A stretch of DNA of 64,000 nt from an uncultured Atribacterota bacterium (GCA_964433555.1 CAYSRG010000005.1:10141-74140); one strand, 5' to 3'. Positions 51,318 to 61,509 are shown, counted from the stretch's first letter. Notes: generated from the letters alone by a model not told the origin. Made by a program: numbers and translations.

Positions 51318-51911
51318 TTAAGATAAGTAATAGACCAGCTTTTCAAGTTCAATAGCAATATCAATATGTTTAATTGATATTCTCCGGGGATGTTTAATAC
51401 TAATGGGAGCAAAATTAAGTATTGACCTGACTCCTCCAGCTATCATCTGGTCAGCTACTTCCTGAGCCGATTGGGAAGGTACTGTAATAATACCAATTCG
51501 TATTTTCTGCTCTTTGAGAAATTTTTCCATGTCCTGGATATGTCTTATCCTGATATGGCCAATTTTTTTACCTACTTTAGCCATATCATTATCAAATACT
51601 GCTTTTATGATGAAGCCTCTTTTGGAGAATCCTTTATAACGAAGGAAGGCAGTCCCTAAATTGCCAGCACCAGCGAGCACTAAATTCCATTTTTGATTTG
51701 ATTTCAATATCTCCTTTAATTTATTAAATAATTCCAGGACAGGATAACCAATTCCCCTTTTCCCAAATTCACCAAAATAAGAAAAGTCTTTTCTAATTTG
51801 ATGGGGATTAATACCAGTTATATCTGACAGTCTGGACGAGGAAATTGTGGAAAACTCATTAACTCTCTTTGCTTCAATCAAAGATTCTAAGGTTCTATGA
51901 TAAATTGACAA
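51318..51911 (-). CDS. rex: redox-sensing transcriptional repressor Rex
   Basis: 197 aa. Winged-helix ISS..L....G....QIRKDFSYFGEFG, Rossmann GAGNLG NADH-binding domain. Confidence 0.85.
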   Translation of the reverse strand: MSIYHRTLESLIEAKRVNEFSTISSSRLSDITGINPHQIRKDFSYFGEFGKRGIGYPVLELFNKLKEILKSNQKWNLVLAGAGNLGTAFLRYKGFSKRGFIIKAVFDNDMAKVGKKIGHIRIRHIQDMEKFLKEQKIRIGIITVPSQSAQEVADQMIAGGVRSILNFAPISIKHPRRISIKHIDIAIELEKLVYYLS

Positions 51912-52014
51912 TCGATCGATAGTAGCTTGCGGAATGTACTTTTTACTAATCTTAATAAGACATTATCCTTTCTAAATGTTGTATCTCTGAAAGACTGTCT
52001 GAATACTCTTATTG

Positions 52015-52659
52015 TTATCTCTGGGTAATCCAGGTTTCATAACCCAATTTCTTTAATTGCTGAGAAGCTTCTTCAGCTTGTGCTCGCAAGGGGTAGGCAC
52101 CTATCTGCACTTTAAAAGCTTTATTATGTTCTATAACAAAGGTCTGAAATCCATGATTTTCGATTTCTCTGGCTAAACCCCTGGCATTGCTCTCAATGGA
52201 AAAGTAACCTACCTGAATGGTATAAACTGTACCTGATGGAGTTACTGTCTCAGTCTGACTGACAGAAACTTCTTGTTTTGGCGGTGTTGGTGTAGTCACA
52301 GTCTGTCGGGGTACTGAATTACTTTCCTTCTGAGCCATTTGCTCCGTTGTTTGGCTTGAAACTTCTCTTTCTACTGGCTTTTGTGCTATAGATGTGTCAG
52401 ATTCAGTCGGTCTTTCACCAGTAGGGATATCCTGAGTAATTAACTGATCAATTTCCCTTTGCTCTTCTTCACCAACTTTAACCATTTCCTCTCTAGAAAT
52501 AGTTTGCTGTTCTGATTCTAATTCCTCTGGAGGCAAGAAACTCTTTTCCCTTGCCATATAAAAGGCAACGGATAAGATAACTATCGCTCCAACTAAGATA
52601 ATGAGGGTTTCCAGATTACTCCTGGTTTTTCTTTTATAAATACGTCTGGTTCTTCTCAA
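52015..52659 (-). CDS. SPOR-domain protein (TTG start)
   Basis: 214 aa. N-terminal TM, low-complexity Pro/Thr/Gln linker, C-terminal SPOR domain. Confidence 0.6.
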   Translation of the reverse strand: MRRTRRIYKRKTRSNLETLIILVGAIVILSVAFYMAREKSFLPPEELESEQQTISREEMVKVGEEEQREIDQLITQDIPTGERPTESDTSIAQKPVEREVSSQTTEQMAQKESNSVPRQTVTTPTPPKQEVSVSQTETVTPSGTVYTIQVGYFSIESNARGLAREIENHGFQTFVIEHNKAFKVQIGAYPLRAQAEEASQQLKKLGYETWITQR

Positions 52660-53160
52660 AGATATGCCCCTCCTTTAATTAAAATAGTCAGGGAGTATTC
52701 CCCTACCATCCTTCTGTCTATTTTTTAAATCCATATTGATTTTTTGTCAAACTTTACCCGATAATCTTGTTAAAAATTCTGTTTTGAAAACATTCAGGAT
52801 AAATCATTCAAACAACAAAAGGAAATTATATCTTTATTATAATATAATATTACAATCCTTTGTACTTTACTGCAACTTTTTATAATCTTTGCTCCAATAG
52901 CAAATATTATTGTTTAATTCGACCCCAATATTATGTTATTTCAATATCCTATTTGAGTTATGTTCTATAAAACATTCTTCAATTACACCAATGATGTACT
53001 TTTTTACAGCTTTATTCATACAGGACTACATAGTACAATAACCATGATCTACATGCCCTTATTTTTATGATATTATATTAGCATAGACTCGATGATCATA
53101 TGAGTTAAGAACTTAATTATAAAATATTTAAATTTTTAAAGATTAAGGAATGCATTTTCA

Positions 53161-53607
53161 GTGTCCAAAAATTGTCTATTAGGGATAGGTAACTCTTTAA
53201 GGTCTGATGATGGTGCTGGTTCTTTTCTTGCCCAACATTTCAATCATCATAACTGGATGGTGATAGACGGAAAATCGGCTCCAGAAAACTACACTTCAGT
53301 TATTAAAAACATTCATCCTGAACTGTTGGTAATTATCGATGCTGTTGAAATGAATCTTATTGCAGGTAGTATTAGAATAATCCCCGTAGAAAAAATTATT
53401 TCCCTGCAACTTTCCACTCATTACCTGTCACTGTCCTATCTCATAGAATACTTGGCTCCTGATTGCCATAAAATCATACTTATTGGTATTCAACCTCTTT
53501 CCACTGAAATGAGTGAAAATTTAAGTAAACCAGTGCTAAAGGCTTGCTATCAACTTATAAACTTACTGAAAAAGAATCAACTTAAGGCTATTCCAATTTT
53601 CACCTAA
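53161..53607 (+). CDS. [NiFe]-hydrogenase maturation endopeptidase (HycI/HyaD family)
   Basis: 148 aa. LLGIGNSLRSDDGAGSFLAQHF...IDA motifs of hydrogenase maturation proteases. Convergent with the Mbh operon. Confidence 0.8.
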   Translation: MSKNCLLGIGNSLRSDDGAGSFLAQHFNHHNWMVIDGKSAPENYTSVIKNIHPELLVIIDAVEMNLIAGSIRIIPVEKIISLQLSTHYLSLSYLIEYLAPDCHKIILIGIQPLSTEMSENLSKPVLKACYQLINLLKKNQLKAIPIFT

Positions 53608-53932
53608 TCCTTTCTCCTTTTACTCTCCTATTGACTAGAAAGAATTATAAATCTCAAACTGACTTAATGTATAGGCAAGCACATACCTATATCACTGATT
53701 GCTTTAAGAACTACTATACTAGACTAAACTTTTATGAAATTGCTTTTTATTCTCCTCTTTTCTTTTTTTGCAATATTTTATTTAATCTTAATAATCTAAG
53801 TAACACAACTTACCACTTTGAACATAGAGTATAAAATAGTCAATTAATCTATACCAATTTTTGTGGTAAAGTCATTTCATCTAACCATAAGACAGTCTTT
53901 CAAGATGTTAGTAATGGCTATATAAAAATCAA

Positions 53933-53975
53933 ATACTAAGATACTTCATAAAAATGTAGCATCTTAGTATTTTAT
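53933..53975 (-). terminator. putative intrinsic terminator of the Mbh operon
   Basis: 12-bp stem aaatactaagat/atcttagtattt with 18-nt loop. On the minus strand it is followed by GATTTTTATAT. Confidence 0.45.
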
Positions 53976-54016
53976 AAAACAATCATTATACTTCATCTTA
54001 TCTTATTTAATTTAAA

Positions 54017-54424
54017 TTATTGGACAATCATCTCTGAATCAAAACGATCTTCATTTGCTAGAAGAAAATTTTCCGACATACTCAGACAATTGACCGGACA
54101 AACATCATTACACTGTGCACAAAATATACAGCGGTCAATTCTGATTTTAATCTTTTTTTCTTCCGGAAGAAATTCAATCGCCCTGGAAGGACATACTCTA
54201 ACACATAAGCGACATCCGATACATTTTTCCCTATCATATACTATTTTCCCTCTAAATTTCTCCGGTACTGTTACCGGTGAGTTTATTTTCACCTGGCCAT
54301 CCTGGACTTTTTTAATAAGATCAGTAACAGTTGTTTGGCTGGGATAATATTTCACCGGGAAACAATTTGTTGCAGGTCTATGAAAAAGTTGTTTGATTAA
54401 CTCAAACACTATTGGTGTCGGCAT
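54017..54424 (-). CDS. mbhN: Mbh subunit N: NuoI-like 2x[4Fe-4S] ferredoxin
   Basis: 135 aa. CIGCRLCVRVCP and CIFCAQCNDVCP motifs. Confidence 0.85.
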   Translation of the reverse strand: MPTPIVFELIKQLFHRPATNCFPVKYYPSQTTVTDLIKKVQDGQVKINSPVTVPEKFRGKIVYDREKCIGCRLCVRVCPSRAIEFLPEEKKIKIRIDRCIFCAQCNDVCPVNCLSMSENFLLANEDRFDSEMIVQ

Positions 54425-54638
54425 TCTTTTTCACCTCATTTCATTTATATTACCCGTAATCAGGGGAGATAGACCTTGAAACCACTTAAGTAAATATGTT
54501 TAAAAAAATTTCTTTCATCTTATAATCAGTATATCCAGGGAAATTATTCCCCTTAGGAATATCTGAACACTTCTTCTATATGGATTATGTAAATAAATTC
54601 GCTTTAGCAAATATCAAAACTTCAAAGAAATTTCGATA

Positions 54639-55646
54639 TTAGATAATATAATCAACGGCTATCAATAATAAACCCATCAGACCAACTATAGAAAGAAATA
54701 CTAAATAAGCAACTGAAGCTTGGTCAATTTTTAAACGTGCTATAGCAACTCTAATAAGGGTTGCTTCAAAAAATATGACAATGAATAATTTAAAGAAAAA
54801 GAATAACGTATCGACAATATAGGCAAAAAAACCACTTAATGAAAATAAATGGGCAATATTATATGGGAAAAATAAAACAACAGTCAAGGCTCCCATTATT
54901 ATCATTTTTACTGCATTAGCCAGTTCAAATAAGGCTAAGTTCCGACCAGAATACTCCACCAAGATGCCTCCTGCCAGTTCGGTTTCTGCCTCAGGAATAT
55001 CAAAAGGAACAATGGATAACTCTGCCGGGGTTACAATAGCTAAGGTAAAGAGCAACAATATGGCGCCGATGAAACCCAGCGGGCCAACTAAACTCCAGAT
55101 AGGATTAGCACTTAAAACTGCTAAGGAAAAAACCTTTAATCCGGGGTAGGCTAAATTTAATCTCCACCCTAAAACAACAATGGTAGTAACCAGAGGGAGT
55201 TCATAACTCATCATCAAAACCATCTCTCTTTGTGCTCCAATACTGGCATAAGTAGATCCTGAAGAAAAACCACCAGCTACCAGGGCAATTGCTGGAATAG
55301 CCAGCAGATAGGCAATTAATATCAAATCACCAGAATTTCCAAACAATGCTGGCAGGGAACCATAAGGAATATAAAATAAAATGGTAATTGTGGAAACCAG
55401 AGCCAGCATTGGCGCACCATTAAAAATCCAGGGAATAGCATTCTCGGGAACGATATTTTCCTTTATCATTAGCTTAAAAAAATCAAGAAAAGGCTGTCTA
55501 ACTGGGGGCCCTACCCGGGATTGCATCATAGCAGCTAATTTACGATCAATGCCCTTATAAAATAAACCTACCAATATACCAATTACGGCAATTATTAGAG
55601 CGCCAACAATTTTGAGAATAAAGATTAAAATACTGCTCCCACTCAT
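54639..55646 (-). CDS. mbhM: Mbh subunit M: NuoH/HycD-like membrane subunit
   Basis: 335 aa, 8 TM. Complex I subunit H-like. Overlaps mbhL by 4 bp. Confidence 0.85.
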   Translation of the reverse strand: MSGSSILIFILKIVGALIIAVIGILVGLFYKGIDRKLAAMMQSRVGPPVRQPFLDFFKLMIKENIVPENAIPWIFNGAPMLALVSTITILFYIPYGSLPALFGNSGDLILIAYLLAIPAIALVAGGFSSGSTYASIGAQREMVLMMSYELPLVTTIVVLGWRLNLAYPGLKVFSLAVLSANPIWSLVGPLGFIGAILLLFTLAIVTPAELSIVPFDIPEAETELAGGILVEYSGRNLALFELANAVKMIIMGALTVVLFFPYNIAHLFSLSGFFAYIVDTLFFFFKLFIVIFFEATLIRVAIARLKIDQASVAYLVFLSIVGLMGLLLIAVDYII

Positions 55647-56866
55647 CTTAACATCCTCCTGGTTTTTTCGATACTTAACTTTCTTAATTCTTCTCTAGTT
55701 AACACCTGTTTTTTATAGGTATTAGAATCAACCAGTGTTACTCTATCCATACAACCAATGCAGGGATCAATGGAAGCTATTACAATAGGAATATCTGCTA
55801 CTTCCTGCCTCTGTAACATTGGCATCCAGGACATTAGATTATTATAAGTCGGTGCCCTTGCTTTCCACACCTCTGGATTTTCCGATTCATTTAATTTTAC
55901 ATAGTGAATAACTTCACCACGTGGAGCTTCGTGTCTGCCCACACCTTCTCCCTTTGCTTTTTTCAAAACACCTAATAACTTGGCAATTTTTGGCTCTGAT
56001 AATATTTCTCCATCGGGTAAGTTGTTGATACAATATTCTATGATTTGAACAGACTGAAAAACCTCTAATATTCGAACAATAATACGGTCAAAAACATCTC
56101 CATTTACTTCACCGGAATAACTATCCGGTGTGATAGCTTGAACATCAAAATCAGCATAAGCCGAATATGGCTGATCCTGCCTGATATCTTTTTTTACTCC
56201 TGAAGCTCTGGTGGTAGGGCCAACACTGGCTAAATTGAGTGCTTCCTCATAGGTTAAAACACCAACATTCTTAGTCCTTAAGGCGATACTGGGATCTTTG
56301 AGAAAAACATCTTCTAGTTTCTGATAAACATCCTTATAATATTGTAAAGTTTTTCTAATCTGAGGAATTTGTTGCTCTGTAATGTCCCTTCTGACTCCAC
56401 CAATCATAAACATCCCATAATTTACCCGGTTACCAGTAAGCATTTCCAGTAGATCCATTACCTCTTCTCTCACTTTCCAGGAAAGGAATAAGACTGAATC
56501 AAAACCTAACTCATGTGCGGCTACTCCTGCCCATAAAATATGAGAATGAATTCTTTCTAACTCAGAAATAATAACCCTAATATATTCTGCTCTGGGCGGT
56601 ACCTCTATACCGGCAGCGTTTTCAACAGCACGACAAAAAGCAAAGGGATGAGAAGCTGAACATATCCCACAAATTCTTTCTGCTAGATATATTATTTGAA
56701 TAATATTTCTATTTCTACCCATAAATTCGATACCCCGATGATTATCACCCGGTGCTAAATCTACCGACTGAATTCTTTCGCCGGATATCTCAAAATTGAA
56801 GGTCATTGGTTCTTCCAATGACGGATGAATAGGCCCGATAGGTACCTTATAAGTAGATTTACTCAA
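55643..56866 (-). CDS. mbhL: group-4 [NiFe] hydrogenase large subunit (NuoD-like)
   Basis: 407 aa. N-terminal Ni-Fe ligands RICGICSASH. C-terminal DPCIGCMDR followed by a ~33-aa extension, a protease substrate. Confidence 0.9.
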   Translation of the reverse strand: MSKSTYKVPIGPIHPSLEEPMTFNFEISGERIQSVDLAPGDNHRGIEFMGRNRNIIQIIYLAERICGICSASHPFAFCRAVENAAGIEVPPRAEYIRVIISELERIHSHILWAGVAAHELGFDSVLFLSWKVREEVMDLLEMLTGNRVNYGMFMIGGVRRDITEQQIPQIRKTLQYYKDVYQKLEDVFLKDPSIALRTKNVGVLTYEEALNLASVGPTTRASGVKKDIRQDQPYSAYADFDVQAITPDSYSGEVNGDVFDRIIVRILEVFQSVQIIEYCINNLPDGEILSEPKIAKLLGVLKKAKGEGVGRHEAPRGEVIHYVKLNESENPEVWKARAPTYNNLMSWMPMLQRQEVADIPIVIASIDPCIGCMDRVTLVDSNTYKKQVLTREELRKLSIEKTRRMLR

Positions 56867-56877
56867 CTGTAGTCACC

Positions 56878-57393
56878 TCAACTTTCCTTTGGAACGAGTT
56901 CGTCCAAGCCTTTTTGATCTTTTCGGAAGGGAAAAACATTTTTAGGAAAATCGTATGGTAAAAAGATATTTCGCATATCCGGAAGTCCTATGAATTCTAC
57001 TCCCAGCATCTCTTTAATTTCCCTTTCGGTTGTTTGAGCTCCAGGAATTAGATCAGTTATACTCTCGATAGCTGGATTCTTTCTCTCTAATCTCACCTTG
57101 ATATTAATTGAAATTTCTTTAAATTTCTCTCCATAAAAGAGGGAAAAAAGATAAACCAGTTCAATGGTTTCACCGGTATCATGGCCGGAAATAATAGCAA
57201 TGTGAGGATATTGTAAGCTCATTAATAGCTTTACAGTATCCCTGAATTTTTCTCTTTTCACCTCTAACCAGATATTATGAAACTCTTCCTGCTTGATGCC
57301 TGCCTTTCTGGATTCAAGGCGAATTCCTAAAATGTTTTCTTTCAAATTTTCTTCTAAAAATGATAATAACTCTTGGGCATTATAATATTCCAT
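56878..57393 (-). CDS. mbhK: Mbh subunit K: NuoC-like
   Basis: 171 aa. Complex I 30-kDa subunit fold. Confidence 0.8.
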   Translation of the reverse strand: MEYYNAQELLSFLEENLKENILGIRLESRKAGIKQEEFHNIWLEVKREKFRDTVKLLMSLQYPHIAIISGHDTGETIELVYLFSLFYGEKFKEISINIKVRLERKNPAIESITDLIPGAQTTEREIKEMLGVEFIGLPDMRNIFLPYDFPKNVFPFRKDQKGLDELVPKES

Positions 57394-57421
57394 ATTATCA
57401 CCTGAACCTTCTCATTTTATT

Positions 57422-57892
57422 TTAAGCACTAACCTCTTCTATTTTCTTTTCAATCTCTGCACCAGAGGAGCCTCTTAATCTCTCTAATTTTAACCAGGCT
57501 TTCAAGACCCCATTAATTATTGCTTCTGGCCTTATTGGACATCCAGGTACATATACATCCACAGGAATATGCTTGTCCACTGGTCCCACTATATTATAAG
57601 AATCATAAAATACGCCGCCACTTGTACCACAGGTGCCAACTACAATAACAGCTTTGGGATCAGGAGTCTGTTCATATATCAGTTTCAACCTTGGTAGCAT
57701 CTTTCGATTGACAGGACCAGTCACTAATAGTATATCGGCATGCTTTGGGCTTCCCACTAGTTTTATACCAAATCTTTCCACATCATATCTTGGTGTTAAT
57801 AAGGCCACAATTTCAATATCACAACCATTACAAGAACCTGTATTTAAATGAAATACCCATAAAGAACGATCTAAATACTTATCTAATTTCAT
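57422..57892 (-). CDS. mbhJ: [NiFe] hydrogenase small subunit (NuoB-like)
   Basis: 156 aa. CNGCDIE ... GTCGTSGG ... PGCP proximal-cluster Cys. Confidence 0.85.
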   Translation of the reverse strand: MKLDKYLDRSLWVFHLNTGSCNGCDIEIVALLTPRYDVERFGIKLVGSPKHADILLVTGPVNRKMLPRLKLIYEQTPDPKAVIVVGTCGTSGGVFYDSYNIVGPVDKHIPVDVYVPGCPIRPEAIINGVLKAWLKLERLRGSSGAEIEKKIEEVSA

Positions 57893-57896
57893 TGTG

Positions 57897-58238
57897 CTAA
57901 CTCACCCCAACTATAATAAATATAATAGCCATTACTAAAACAATCCATCCACTATAATCATTAATGTCCCCGGTATGTAGTTTAATCAGGGGCTCATAAT
58001 AATTCTTTAAAGCCTCAGTGAATCCCCAGTAGATATGGCTTGCTCCGACATGAGAGTCTTCTTTACTTACTTCTGGATTGCCAGAAAGGAAAGGTTTTGT
58101 TTGATTGGTATCTTTTTTATAGCTTCCTTCACCTTTATTTCTTAGCCATAAAACACCAATTCCAACTATAATAGTAACTAAGACCCATATTATCGCATTC
58201 CAGTAACCACTTCCTGTTTCTAATAAACCAATATTCAT
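57897..58238 (-). CDS. mbhI: Mbh subunit I: small membrane protein
   Basis: 113 aa, 2 TM. At the Pyrococcus MbhI position. Confidence 0.5.
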   Translation of the reverse strand: MNIGLLETGSGYWNAIIWVLVTIIVGIGVLWLRNKGEGSYKKDTNQTKPFLSGNPEVSKEDSHVGASHIYWGFTEALKNYYEPLIKLHTGDINDYSGWIVLVMAIIFIIVGVS

Positions 58239-58239
58239 A

Positions 58240-59808
58240 CTATATTCCTCCCAATATTGTTGCGGTATAGTGAGTCTGATTAATCAAAGCCATTACTGCA
58301 GGATGAACAATATGTTTAACAATGAGATCGGGAAATAATCCAAAAAATACAATGATGCAGGCTAAGGTAGCCATTGCCACTACCATACTTTTAGGAACCT
58401 CCTGTACTGACTTATATTGTTCCAGTTTAGGACCTAAAAAGGCACTATGAAATACTTTCACAAAAGAAGCCAGGGTTAAAATACTAACCAGCATAGCAAT
58501 AATTGATAATAAAGGATTAAATTGATAGACTGACTCATAGATAATTAACTTGGAGGCAAAACCATTAAAGGGTGGTATTCCAGCAATAGCTGCTGCACCG
58601 ATTATAAAGAAGATAGTAGTGTACATCATGTTATTAGCTAAACCACCCATCTTATTTAAATCTCTGGTACCTGTCCTATAGAATAAGGCACCAGCAGTTA
58701 AAAATAATAAACCTTTATACATAGCATGGTTCATAATATGAAAGATTCCACCTTCCATTGCTTTTATTCCAAAATTTTCTAAAGCTACCGGATTTGCTAA
58801 AACAGCCAGGCCTACTCCCACTCCTAAAAGCATATAACCAGTCTGAGAAATGGCGTGATAAGCCATTAAACGCTTGATATCCTTCTGAATAATAGCCATA
58901 GTAACACCGATAAACATAGAAAGTATACCCAGAATAATAATAATCCAACCAACTGTTACCGTATTTAAAGTCACATTATAGAGAGAAAATGTGGTTCTAA
59001 AAAGAGCATAAAGGCTAGCTTGACTGGCAGCAACCAGAACCATAGTAATCGCTGCAGGGGCTTCCGAATAAGCATCTGGTGTCCACATATGCATGGGCAC
59101 TGAACCTGCCTTCATTGCCAAAACAGATACTAAAAGTACTAAAGCTATTTTATCAAGCTGGGTAAATTGCATAACACTGGCAATGGTTGCCATATTCAAA
59201 ACATCATATTGACCATAAAATAATCCAATAGCAAATAGTACCATTAAGGCAGATATGGAACTAACTACCATATATTTAAATCCTGCCTCAGCAGGTTCAC
59301 CTGCAAGAGTACTCCGAAAGGAAATCAGCGCTACTGAAGCAATAGAAGCGATCTCTAAAAAAACAAAAAAGTTGAAAATATCTCCGGTTAATTCCATACC
59401 AAACATCCCGGTTGCCAATAAGAGTAATAGTGTGTAATACTTTTCTAACCCACTATGTTGTTCCATAAAAGAAATTGAATAAATAGCAGCTAAAAAAGAT
59501 ACAACAGCGGTTATCAATCCCATAAATATTCCCATTCCGTCAATATGGAAAATAATTCTGATGGGTACCGTATATCCAGATGGTAATGTTAAACCTGCCT
59601 CAGTTCCCCCAAAAACATAAATCAAAGCGCCATTAGTTAAGACCTGATTAGCTATAAATATAATCAATAATAACGTTAGTCCTAATATAAAGGATACAAA
59701 CCAACTTATTGTTTTACGATTAAAACGACCTATAACAGGAGTAACAAAAGCTGTTAATAGAGGCAAGGCAATTACTAAAGCAGGTGCATGCATCAAAATG
59801 CTACTCAT
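58240..59808 (-). CDS. mbhH: Mbh subunit H: MrpD/NuoL-like antiporter subunit
   Basis: 522 aa, about 14 TM. Complex I L/M/N antiporter-family motifs. Confidence 0.85.
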   Translation of the reverse strand: MSSILMHAPALVIALPLLTAFVTPVIGRFNRKTISWFVSFILGLTLLLIIFIANQVLTNGALIYVFGGTEAGLTLPSGYTVPIRIIFHIDGMGIFMGLITAVVSFLAAIYSISFMEQHSGLEKYYTLLLLLATGMFGMELTGDIFNFFVFLEIASIASVALISFRSTLAGEPAEAGFKYMVVSSISALMVLFAIGLFYGQYDVLNMATIASVMQFTQLDKIALVLLVSVLAMKAGSVPMHMWTPDAYSEAPAAITMVLVAASQASLYALFRTTFSLYNVTLNTVTVGWIIIILGILSMFIGVTMAIIQKDIKRLMAYHAISQTGYMLLGVGVGLAVLANPVALENFGIKAMEGGIFHIMNHAMYKGLLFLTAGALFYRTGTRDLNKMGGLANNMMYTTIFFIIGAAAIAGIPPFNGFASKLIIYESVYQFNPLLSIIAMLVSILTLASFVKVFHSAFLGPKLEQYKSVQEVPKSMVVAMATLACIIVFFGLFPDLIVKHIVHPAVMALINQTHYTATILGGI

Positions 59809-60152
59809 CCTCTTAACCTCCTTATCTCATCTGTATTTAATGTGCCATATTTTTGGTAAAGAATCATGGCAATAGAAAGAATCAACGCAGTTGTAGCAAC
59901 TCCTATAACAATACTGGTCAAGGTTAAGGCTTGAGGTGTAGGAAGAACCATTTTGACTCCTTCTGGCGCCTGTGTATAAATTGGCGCTATGGCTCCCTTT
60001 CGGTATCCTAAAGTAATTAAAAATAAATTGGTACCATTTTCAATTAGTGTTATTCCGATAGCAATCTTAATTAGATTTTTCTTAAAAATCAGGGTATAAA
60101 TTCCTAATCCAATCAAAATTACCACTGCCACAAAGGGAAAATTTCCAATCAT
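59805..60152 (-). CDS. mbhG: Mbh subunit G: MrpC/NuoK-like
   Basis: About 115 aa from internal Met MIGNF. The ORF-track start at 60209 overlaps mbhF. Confidence 0.65.
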   Translation of the reverse strand: MIGNFPFVAVVILIGLGIYTLIFKKNLIKIAIGITLIENGTNLFLITLGYRKGAIAPIYTQAPEGVKMVLPTPQALTLTSIVIGVATTALILSIAMILYQKYGTLNTDEIRRLRG

Positions 60153-60153
60153 T

Positions 60154-60633
60154 TCACGGCTTCTCCTTCTTCTGTATAGTTTCAGCGGCAACAGACATGG
60201 TAAGAACAATTACTCCTAATGCTGCCAGCACTTCTAAACCCACTGCCATATTCATCAGCGTTATAGTACCACCTGTATTTAGATCACCTGGATTGACACC
60301 GATTGTAGCTGGTGAACCGAATAATCCGCCACTGTTGGAAAGAAAATTATAAAAAAAGGTTGCACCTAATCCAAAAAATGCAAACGTGATAAAAAGAACC
60401 AAACCGGTACTTTCCAGCAAAGAAAGAATATCTTTTGCTAAAAAGCTTTGAGTATTTTTATTGCCATAGGTTACTAACAATAAAGCAAAAGCTGATGCTA
60501 CTATCGCTCCTCCCTGAAAACCTCCTCCAGGAGTGAGATGGCCATGTATTATGACATAAAATCCATAAACAGCGATAAAACCATAAATCAATGTAGTTAT
60601 GGTTCTAACAATACGAGACATTTCTTCTATCAT
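60154..60633 (-). CDS. mbhF: Mbh subunit F: MrpB-like
   Basis: 159 aa, 4 TM. GGGFQGGAIVAS motif of MnhB. Confidence 0.7.
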   Translation of the reverse strand: MIEEMSRIVRTITTLIYGFIAVYGFYVIIHGHLTPGGGFQGGAIVASAFALLLVTYGNKNTQSFLAKDILSLLESTGLVLFITFAFFGLGATFFYNFLSNSGGLFGSPATIGVNPGDLNTGGTITLMNMAVGLEVLAALGVIVLTMSVAAETIQKKEKP

Positions 60634-60896
60634 TTTGCCACCTCCCTAAATAATGCCACAATACCTACCACTGCTGTAAATAAAACAGTTGCCTCTCCCA
60701 GGGTATCAAAACCACGGTAATCGAAAACTATGGTAGTTACTACATTATTAGCTCCTGTTTCAGCCTGAGCATTTTCTATATAATAGTCATCCATTTCACT
60801 AAAAGCTGGCTCCCCAAAAGGTCTCATACCAAAGGCTGCTAGAATCATAAAAGCCACAAATAATATAAAAGCAATACCAAATATTGATTTTTTCAT
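60630..60896 (-). CDS. mbhE: Mbh subunit E: small membrane protein
   Basis: 88 aa. Confidence 0.5.
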   Translation of the reverse strand: MKKSIFGIAFILFVAFMILAAFGMRPFGEPAFSEMDDYYIENAQAETGANNVVTTIVFDYRGFDTLGEATVLFTAVVGIVALFREVAK

Positions 60897-60907
60897 AATC
60901 TCACCTC

Positions 60908-61150
60908 TTACTTCTTTGTTGCCCTGATGGCAAAAATATAAATTGCCATAGTCAAAGCTGCCCCAATTCCTGCTTCTGCTATTGCTACATCAGGAGCATG
61001 CAGAAGATAAAATTCTAAGGACAAAAGCAAACTGGCTGCAGCCAGGGCAATAACTGAAGGTAATAAATCCCTTAGTACTACAGCTAAAATTGATGCAATA
61101 ATCATAACAACCAGTACGGCAATATGAGCAATACTTACTAATGGGCTCAT
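60908..61150 (-). CDS. mbhD: Mbh subunit D: small membrane protein
   Basis: 80 aa, 3 TM. Confidence 0.5.
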   Translation of the reverse strand: MSPLVSIAHIAVLVVMIIASILAVVLRDLLPSVIALAAASLLLSLEFYLLHAPDVAIAEAGIGAALTMAIYIFAIRATKK

Positions 61151-61509
61151 TTCAGCTTTGCCTCCTTTAATTGATCAATCACTGCCTGTTTAGGCATCAC
61201 TCCACTGCGGTAAGCTGCCCGAGCAATAGCATGAGCTCCAGTAGGATTGGTTATAATCAAACAAACCAAAGCTATTATGGTATGCAATGCCAGAACTCCG
61301 AATTTAGAATCACCGTTTACTTTCCAAAAATAAAAACCAAAAATGATAACAGACAATGATGTGAATATAGAACCAAACGTAGTGCATTTTGTAGCAGCAT
61401 GCAATCTGGTGTAAACATCAGGAAATCTCATTAAACCAATGGAACCCAATCCATTGAAAAATATTCCTATTAATAAAAATAAAAATAAAATAATCGATAA
61501 AATGGTCAC
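61147..61509 (-). CDS. mbhC: Mbh subunit C: MrpG-like
   Basis: 120 aa. MnhG-like N-terminal motif (GLMRFPDVYTRLHA). Confidence 0.7.
   Translation of the reverse strand: MTILSIILFLFLLIGIFFNGLGSIGLMRFPDVYTRLHAATKCTTFGSIFTSLSVIIFGFYFWKVNGDSKFGVLALHTIIALVCLIITNPTGAHAIARAAYRSGVMPKQAVIDQLKEAKLK

Noticed and set aside
55643-56866. Possibility that the large subunit is a non-hydrogenase Mbx/NuoD-like protein
   Set aside because: Both CxxC Ni-Fe ligand pairs and the C-terminal processing extension are present.
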